DNA from: Marivivens sp.
Lineage (GTDB): Bacteria > Pseudomonadota > Alphaproteobacteria > Rhodobacterales > Rhodobacteraceae
Direction: 5' to 3'
NCBI GenBank assembly: GCA_024642185.1
Contig: JAHEBR010000001.1
Span: 1-42,865 of the forward strand
Length of the DNA: 42,865 nt
A program made the position numbers and the translations under genes. The notes under the pieces were generated by a model. The model was not told where the DNA came from and made no database searches. It was given only the letters and a program-made list of their open reading frames with translations. Below, in pieces: positions 37,395-42,865 of this stretch. Numbering within the stretch: the first letter of the stretch is position 1; every line of letters begins with the position of its first letter.

Positions 37395-39872
37395 TCAGAG
37401 CGTCCGCTCGATCTCTTCGCGCTCGAAAATCTCGATGACATCGCCGGGGCGGATATCGTCGTAATTCTCGAAGGCCATGCCGCACTCCTGGCCGGAAATG
37501 ACCTCGGCCACCTCGTCCTTGAAGCGCTTGAGGGTCTTGAGCGTGCCTTCGTGGATCACCACGTCGTCGCGCAGGAGGCGCACGCCGGCGGAGCGGCGGG
37601 CAACGCCTTCGGTAACCAGACAGCCGGCAACCTTGCCAACATTGGACACCTTGAAGACCTCTTTGATCGCCGCGTAACCGATGAACTTCTCGCGCACCTC
37701 GGCCGAGAGAAGGCCAGACGCCGCTTTCTTCACATCATCCACAAGATCGTAGATGACCGAATAGTAGCGGATCTCGACGCCCTTCTGGTTGGCGCTGTTA
37801 CGCGCCGAGGCATTGGCACGAACGTTGAAGCCGATGACCGGACAACCCGACGCTTCGGCAAGGCCGATATCGGTCTCGGTAATCGCGCCGACACCCGAGT
37901 GGATCACGCGCACGCGCACCTCGTCGTTGCCGATCTTCTCCATCGCCTGAACGATGGCTTCGGACGAACCCTGAACATCGGCCTTCACCACGATCGGCAG
38001 CTCGGAAACGCTCTGATCGGCCTTGTGCTTGGCCATCAGCTGATCGAGCGTCGTCGCCGCACCGGCAGCGGCGCGTTTGTCTTTCGCCGCTTTCTCGCGG
38101 TAGGTCGCGATTTCGCGGGCCTGTGCTTCGGTCTCGACAACGTTAAGAACGTCGCCCGCCTCGGGGGTGCCGTTGAGGCCAAGAACCTCGACCGGAACCG
38201 AGGGGCCAGCTTCTTTGACGCGCTCGCCCTTGTCGTCGACCAGCGCACGCACCTTGCCCCACTGTTCGCCGACGACAAAGATGTCGCCCTGCTTAAGGGT
38301 GCCGTGCTGCACGAGAACGGTCGCTACCGGGCCGCGGCCAACGTCAAGCTGGGCTTCGATCACAGCGCCCTGAGCGGCGCGGTTCGGGTTAGCCTTGAGC
38401 TCGAGGATCTCGGCCTGAAGCGCGATTGCCTCAAGGAGGGTATCGAGGCCCTTACCACTCAGTGCCGAAACTTCGACGGTCTGCACATCGCCGCCCATCT
38501 CTTCGACCACGACTTCGTGATGCAGAAGATCGGTGCGGACCTTTTGGGGGTTGGCCGAGGGCTTGTCGCATTTGTTGATGGCGACGATCATCGGAACCTT
38601 GGCGGCCTTGGCGTGGTTGATGGCTTCAACCGTCTGCGGCATGACCGCATCGTCGGCTGCCACAACCAGAATCACGATGTCCGTGACCTGAGCACCGCGG
38701 GCGCGCATCGAGGTAAAGGCCGCGTGGCCCGGCGTGTCGAGGAACGACAAGACGTGGCCGCTGTCGGTTGTCACCTGATAGGCGCCGATGTGTTGGGTAA
38801 TGCCACCGGCTTCGCCAGAGACAACCTTGGTCTTGCGGATCGCGTCGAGAAGCGAGGTCTTGCCGTGGTCGACGTGGCCCATGACGGTGATGATCGGCGG
38901 ACGCGGACGCAGGTCTTCGGCCTTGTCCTTGACCGTGTCGATCACCTGCTCAACGTCGGCATCCGAAACGCGCACGACACGGTGGCCAAATTCTTCGACG
39001 ATAAGCTCGGCGGTATCGGCGTCGATCGCCTGGTTCTGGGTCGCCATGATGCCGTTTTGCATAAGGGCTTTGACCACATCAGCCACACGCTCGGCCATAC
39101 GGTTGGCAAGCTCGGATACCATGATCGCTTCGGGGATCTGCACGTCGCGCACGATCTTCTCGCGCTCTTGCATCCCGCCCATGGCTTTTTGGCGTGCACG
39201 CTCTTGCTTGCGCTTCATCGCCGCCATCGAACGCTGACGTCCGCCCTCACCACCGGTGAGCGCCTGATTGAGCGTCAGCTTGCCGCCACGGCGACCTTCG
39301 TCATCGCGCCCCGGCTTGACCTTGGCCGCCTTTTCGCGGGCTTCGCGTTCGCGGTCGGGCTTGCGCGGCGCGGATGGGGCGCGAGCCTCACCGACTTCGC
39401 CTTCGCCAGCGGCTTTGGTCGCGGCGCGGCGGGTGGCCTCTTCGGCCTTCACGCGCTTGCGCTCTTCTTCCTCGGCCTTGGCGCGAGCCTTCTCTTCGCG
39501 TTCGCGATCCTCGCGTTCCTTGGCTTCAACCTCCGCGCGGCGACGCTCGCGCTCCTCGGCGCGCTCGCGCTCTTCGGTCTCGCGCTGGGCAGCCTCTTCC
39601 GACTCCCGCGCCTTGGCCAAAGCGAGCGCCTTCATCCGGCGTTCAAGCTCGGCGTCCGAAATGCCTGCGGGGCGCTTGGAGGGATCGCTCACAACAGGAG
39701 CGGCCGGTCCGCCAGCGGGTTTGGCCGCGGCACCGGGCTTGGGGACCACAACGCGCTTGCGCTTGGTTTCCACCACGACGCTCTTGGTCCGGCCATGGCT
39801 GAAGCTTTGCTTCACGCTCCCCGGACGGGAGCCGCCGAGACCCAGAGTCTTCTTGCCGTCGTTATCGGTCAT
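37395..39872 (-). CDS. infB: Translation initiation factor IF-2
   Basis: It has the G-domain [12 protein letters not shown] and DTPGH, and a charged E/R/K-rich N-terminal region. 825 aa. Confidence 0.97.
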   Translation of the reverse strand: MTDNDGKKTLGLGGSRPGSVKQSFSHGRTKSVVVETKRKRVVVPKPGAAAKPAGGPAAPVVSDPSKRPAGISDAELERRMKALALAKARESEEAAQRETEERERAEERERRRAEVEAKEREDREREEKARAKAEEEERKRVKAEEATRRAATKAAGEGEVGEARAPSAPRKPDREREAREKAAKVKPGRDDEGRRGGKLTLNQALTGGEGGRQRSMAAMKRKQERARQKAMGGMQEREKIVRDVQIPEAIMVSELANRMAERVADVVKALMQNGIMATQNQAIDADTAELIVEEFGHRVVRVSDADVEQVIDTVKDKAEDLRPRPPIITVMGHVDHGKTSLLDAIRKTKVVSGEAGGITQHIGAYQVTTDSGHVLSFLDTPGHAAFTSMRARGAQVTDIVILVVAADDAVMPQTVEAINHAKAAKVPMIVAINKCDKPSANPQKVRTDLLHHEVVVEEMGGDVQTVEVSALSGKGLDTLLEAIALQAEILELKANPNRAAQGAVIEAQLDVGRGPVATVLVQHGTLKQGDIFVVGEQWGKVRALVDDKGERVKEAGPSVPVEVLGLNGTPEAGDVLNVVETEAQAREIATYREKAAKDKRAAAGAATTLDQLMAKHKADQSVSELPIVVKADVQGSSEAIVQAMEKIGNDEVRVRVIHSGVGAITETDIGLAEASGCPVIGFNVRANASARNSANQKGVEIRYYSVIYDLVDDVKKAASGLLSAEVREKFIGYAAIKEVFKVSNVGKVAGCLVTEGVARRSAGVRLLRDDVVIHEGTLKTLKRFKDEVAEVISGQECGMAFENYDDIRPGDVIEIFEREEIERTL

Positions 39873-40501
39873 CTAGCTACTTTTTCCTTTCCGGCAGCAG
39901 GATCGCCACCGTCATTTGCGCGCAAGCCCTTAAGCTTTGCGGCTTCCTCTACAACACGGTTGCTGAGTCCGCCAGTCGCGAGCGCGCCATGTATCACACT
40001 TTGGCGTCCAAATGCCAAACCCAATTCCTGAGCGGTCAGGCAGTCGAAATAACGGGCCCCTTCAGGGGTCCAAAGCTTGGCCTTGCCGCGCGAGGAGCCG
40101 TCGTCAGCCTGCAACAGAACCCGGACGTTTTCGTTTCCGGCAAGCCAGCTTTTCACCTTCTCGAACCCGCAGACCGCGATCCCGGCCTTCCGGGCCATGG
40201 CGAGCAGGTCGATCACGCGGCGGGCAATCTGGCGCTCCACCTCGTCGGCCAAACCCTCCGGCACGGTGACCGGCGTCTTGGCCGAGCGAGAGAACTGGCC
40301 CTTGCCAGCCTTCTCGAGGATCGCGCGATCGGCGGTGACCCACATCCCGCGTCCGGGCAGCTTGCCCAGCACGTCAGGCACGACGACGCCGTCAGGGCCG
40401 ACCACGAACCGGATCAACCCTTCTTTCGGCTTGGCCTCGCCGGTGACTATGCACCGGCGCTCGGCCTCGTCGTCTGTTTTATCGCGGCCACCGCGTGTCA
40501 T
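39869..40501 (-). CDS. YlxR (DUF448)-like RNA-binding protein fused to L7Ae-like domain
   Basis: The sequence RRCIVTGE...RFVVGPDG...PGRGMWV is typical of DUF448. It has an ATGA overlap with infB and the canonical position between nusA and infB. Confidence 0.8.
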   Translation of the reverse strand: MTRGGRDKTDDEAERRCIVTGEAKPKEGLIRFVVGPDGVVVPDVLGKLPGRGMWVTADRAILEKAGKGQFSRSAKTPVTVPEGLADEVERQIARRVIDLLAMARKAGIAVCGFEKVKSWLAGNENVRVLLQADDGSSRGKAKLWTPEGARYFDCLTAQELGLAFGRQSVIHGALATGGLSNRVVEEAAKLKGLRANDGGDPAAGKEKVAR

Positions 40502-40521
40502 TGCGTGTTCCTCGGCTCCTC

Positions 40522-42126
40522 TCAGGCCTCGTCTTCCTCGGCGTCTTCCTCGCCCTCAGCGGCAAGATCGGCAGGATCGACCCAGCCCAGCATGACGCGG
40601 GCGTTCATGATCATGTCCTGCGCTTCTTCGAGGCTCACGTCGAACTTCTCCAGAACACCGTCGTCCTTGACGCGCTCGCCCTTGACCGTGGTCCAGCCGC
40701 CGGCCAGTTCCCAGTCGGCGCAGGTGGCGAAATCTTCCAGCGTCAGAACACCGTCTTCGGCCAGCGCCTCGACCATCTGCGGGGTCAGGCCCTCGTAGTT
40801 GATGAGGCTCTCCTGAGCGCCAAGCTCGATCGCGTGATCAAGAGATTTCTTGTTCTGGGCCTCAAGATAATCGCGGGCGCGCGCCTGAAGCTCTCCGGCG
40901 GTGCCTTCATCGACGCCGTCGATCACCAGAAGCTCGTCAACGTCGACATAGGCGACCTCTTCGAGATTGGTGAAGCCTTCGGACACCAGAAGCTGGGCAA
41001 AGAATTCGTCAAGGTCGAGCGTATCCATGAACAGCTTGGTGCGGCTCTCAAACTCGGCCTGACGACGCTTGGATTCCTCTTCCTCGGTCATGATATCGAT
41101 GTCGAGGCCGGTCAGCTGCGAGGCCAGACGCACGTTCTGGCCACGGCGGCCGATGGCAAGCGAAAGCTGCTCTTCGGGCACCACAACCTCGATCTTGCCG
41201 GCCTCTTCGTCGAGCACGACCTTGGAAACCTCGGCCGGCTGAAGCGCGTTGACGAGGAAGGTCGGGATATTCTCGTTCCACGGAATGATGTCGATCTTTT
41301 CGCCCTGAAGCTCGTTGACCACGGCCTGAACACGGCTGCCGCGCATACCAACGCAGGCGCCAACAGGGTCGATCGAGTTGTCATAAGAGACGACGGCGAT
41401 CTTGGCGCGGCTGCCCGGATCGCGGGCGACGGCCTTGATCTCGATGATGCCATCGTAGATCTCGGGCACTTCCATCTTGAAAAGCTCGGCCATGAACTCG
41501 GGCGCGGTGCGGCTGAGGAAGATCTGCGGGCCACGCGGCTCGCGGCGAACCTCCTTGATATAGCAGCGGATACGGTCGCCGGGGCGATAGGCTTCGCGGC
41601 CGATCTTTTCATTGCGGCGCAGGATCGCTTCGCCGGCGCCCACGTCGACGATGACGTTGCCGTATTCCTCGCGCTTGACCAGCGCGTTGATGATCGTGCC
41701 GGCGCGGTCTTTGAATTCCTCGTACTGGCGATCACGCTCGGCTTCGCGGACCTTTTGCAGGATGACCTGCTTGGCCGACTGGGCGGCAATCCGGCCAAGC
41801 TCGACCGGCGGAACCTCTTCAACCAAGGTGTCACCGACGCTCGGATCTTCCATGTATTGCTTGGCCTGCGCGACAGTCATTTCCGCCTGATAGTTCTCAA
41901 GCGCATCTTCTTCGACAACGGTGCGTACGCGGGTAAACGTCGCCTTGCCGGTCTTGCGGTCGATCGACACGCGGATGTCCATCTCGGCGCCGTAGCGGCT
42001 CTTGGCGGCGCGGGCGAGCGACTCTTCCATCGCCTCGACCACAAGGCCGGGGTCGATCATCTTCTCGCGCGCAACGGCTTCGGCCGTTTGCAGAAGCTCA
42101 AGCTGGTTAGCTGAAGTGATTGCCAT
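40522..42126 (-). CDS. nusA: Transcription termination/antitermination factor NusA
   Basis: 534 aa with S1 and KH domains, C-terminal acidic repeats, and the canonical rimP-nusA-infB context. Confidence 0.95.
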   Translation of the reverse strand: MAITSANQLELLQTAEAVAREKMIDPGLVVEAMEESLARAAKSRYGAEMDIRVSIDRKTGKATFTRVRTVVEEDALENYQAEMTVAQAKQYMEDPSVGDTLVEEVPPVELGRIAAQSAKQVILQKVREAERDRQYEEFKDRAGTIINALVKREEYGNVIVDVGAGEAILRRNEKIGREAYRPGDRIRCYIKEVRREPRGPQIFLSRTAPEFMAELFKMEVPEIYDGIIEIKAVARDPGSRAKIAVVSYDNSIDPVGACVGMRGSRVQAVVNELQGEKIDIIPWNENIPTFLVNALQPAEVSKVVLDEEAGKIEVVVPEEQLSLAIGRRGQNVRLASQLTGLDIDIMTEEEESKRRQAEFESRTKLFMDTLDLDEFFAQLLVSEGFTNLEEVAYVDVDELLVIDGVDEGTAGELQARARDYLEAQNKKSLDHAIELGAQESLINYEGLTPQMVEALAEDGVLTLEDFATCADWELAGGWTTVKGERVKDDGVLEKFDVSLEEAQDMIMNARVMLGWVDPADLAAEGEEDAEEDEA

Positions 42127-42131
42127 TTGGT

Positions 42132-42716
42132 TTACTCCTCGTCCCCATCGATGATGGTCTCAACTTCGTCAAACTGGGCCTCGTCAATCTGGCCCGCATC
42201 TTTCCGTCCGCGCAGAACCTCGCGGATCAATTCATCCGTCAGCACAAGCTTGGCATCCGACAGCCAATCAAACTTGAGCCCGATCGTGATTTCTTCGGCC
42301 TGATCATCAAGCGTGATCAAAACCTCGTCGCCCTCGGTCCCCGCCAGCGTGCCTTTAAAGCGGCGGCGGCCGTCGATCAGTTCGGTCGTCTCGATCTTGG
42401 CGACATAGCCGGCCCACTGGTCGAAATCCTTCAGCCGCGTCAGCGGCCGGTCGATGCCGGGGCTTGAGACTTCGAGCGTATAGGCCTCGATGATCGGATC
42501 CTCGACGTCGAGCACGGCGGAAACGGCGGTGCTGATCTCGCCGCAGTCGTCAACCTCGATGGTTCCATCAGGCCTCTGCGCCATGATCTGCAGCGTCGAT
42601 TCCTTGCCCGTCATCAGGCGGACACGCACAAGCTCGAACCCCAGATCCTCGATCACGGGGCCAGCAATTTCGGCGATGCGGCGGTCAAGGGCCGCCTTGG
42701 CAATAAGGTCTGTCAT
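42132..42716 (-). CDS. rimP: Ribosome maturation factor RimP
   Basis: The start at 42716 ([32 protein letters not shown]) gives 194 aa. The listed upstream extension runs through a terminator hairpin. Confidence 0.9.
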   Translation of the reverse strand: MTDLIAKAALDRRIAEIAGPVIEDLGFELVRVRLMTGKESTLQIMAQRPDGTIEVDDCGEISTAVSAVLDVEDPIIEAYTLEVSSPGIDRPLTRLKDFDQWAGYVAKIETTELIDGRRRFKGTLAGTEGDEVLITLDDQAEEITIGLKFDWLSDAKLVLTDELIREVLRGRKDAGQIDEAQFDEVETIIDGDEE

Positions 42717-42744
42717 GGTCTCTACAAGCTCGAAATTCGGGCAC

Positions 42745-42768
42745 AAAAAAACGGGCGCGCGGCCCGTT
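42745..42768 (-). terminator. Intrinsic terminator about 30 nt upstream of rimP (upstream-gene terminator and/or leader attenuator)
   Basis: The minus strand reads ACGGGC-cgcgc-GCCCGT followed by TTTTTTT. Confidence 0.6.
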
Positions 42769-42822
42769 GATCTTTCCCGGTGGAGCCTTGGGGGTGGAGG
42801 CCAAGGCGCCGCTGTCAAGGCG

Positions 42823-42851
42823 CATATACGCGCCCTATCCCGGCGTTGCAA
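42823..42851 (-). promoter_or_regulatory. Possible sigma70-type promoter of the rimP-nusA-infB operon (TTGCAA-N17-TATATG on minus strand)
   Basis: The -35 box is at 42846-42851 and the -10 box at 42823-42828, with 17-nt spacing. It would give a leader of about 100 nt containing a 7-bp hairpin (42785-42807) and the terminator. Confidence 0.3.
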
Positions 42852-42865
42852 GGGGCAAGGCCAGA

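Noticed and set aside
39423-39611. Repetitive GAG/CGC/GAA-rich DNA in infB (E/R/K repeat region)
   Set aside because: It encodes the normal charged low-complexity N-terminal region of IF-2 ([29 protein letters not shown]). It is neither a CRISPR array nor a non-coding repeat.
37383-40031. 882-aa ORF antisense to infB/ylxR
   Set aside because: This is a high-GC antisense artefact with repetitive Ala/Gly/Leu/Arg content. infB on the minus strand is unambiguous.
40495-42114. 539-aa ORF antisense to nusA
   Set aside because: This is a high-GC antisense artefact opposite a clearly recognisable NusA.

Overview
High-GC alphaproteobacterial chromosomal window. The gene order looks Rhodobacteraceae-like, which is an inference. 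I call about 40 protein-coding genes. I found no rRNA, tRNA, CRISPR array, IS element, transposase, integrase or recognisable phage-defence or toxin-antitoxin genes.

Left third: a 5'-truncated TAXI-type TRAP fused permease, a SufS-like PLP enzyme, and an RpiR/MurR regulator. The regulator is divergent from a tight 7-gene operon: FGase-family amidohydrolase, DctQ/DctM/DctP TRAP transporter, glutamine-synthetase-like ligase, aldehyde dehydrogenase, Fe-alcohol dehydrogenase. This operon reads as gamma-glutamylation-dependent amino-alcohol (ethanolamine-type) catabolism.

Middle: rnd-lptC-lptA-lptB, a 224-nt gap where rpoN normally sits, then hpf-ptsN. The gap contains what looks like a decayed RpoN-box coding relic. 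Next comes an approximately 11 kb block of ten co-directional minus-strand genes: cysQ, kdsB, GT2, galU, galE, GT4, GT2_4-like, GT14/Branch-like, and a two-domain sulfotransferase. A divergent orphan KpsM-like ABC-2 permease completes the block.

Right third is core housekeeping: dnaK-dnaJ, radC, an exported hypothetical, secA, a parvulin PPIase, argJ, mutT, a 44-codon small ORF missing from the ORF track, and infB-ylxR-nusA-rimP.

The best candidate for an undescribed system is the sulfotransferase/GT14-containing glycan locus at 15350-26462, predicted to make a sulfated surface glycan or LPS decoration. Secondary points are the rpoN relic, the small ORF, and several regulatory hairpins and promoters. 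Most long ORFs antisense to housekeeping genes are high-GC artefacts. All functional calls come from motif recognition by eye, and no database search was possible.
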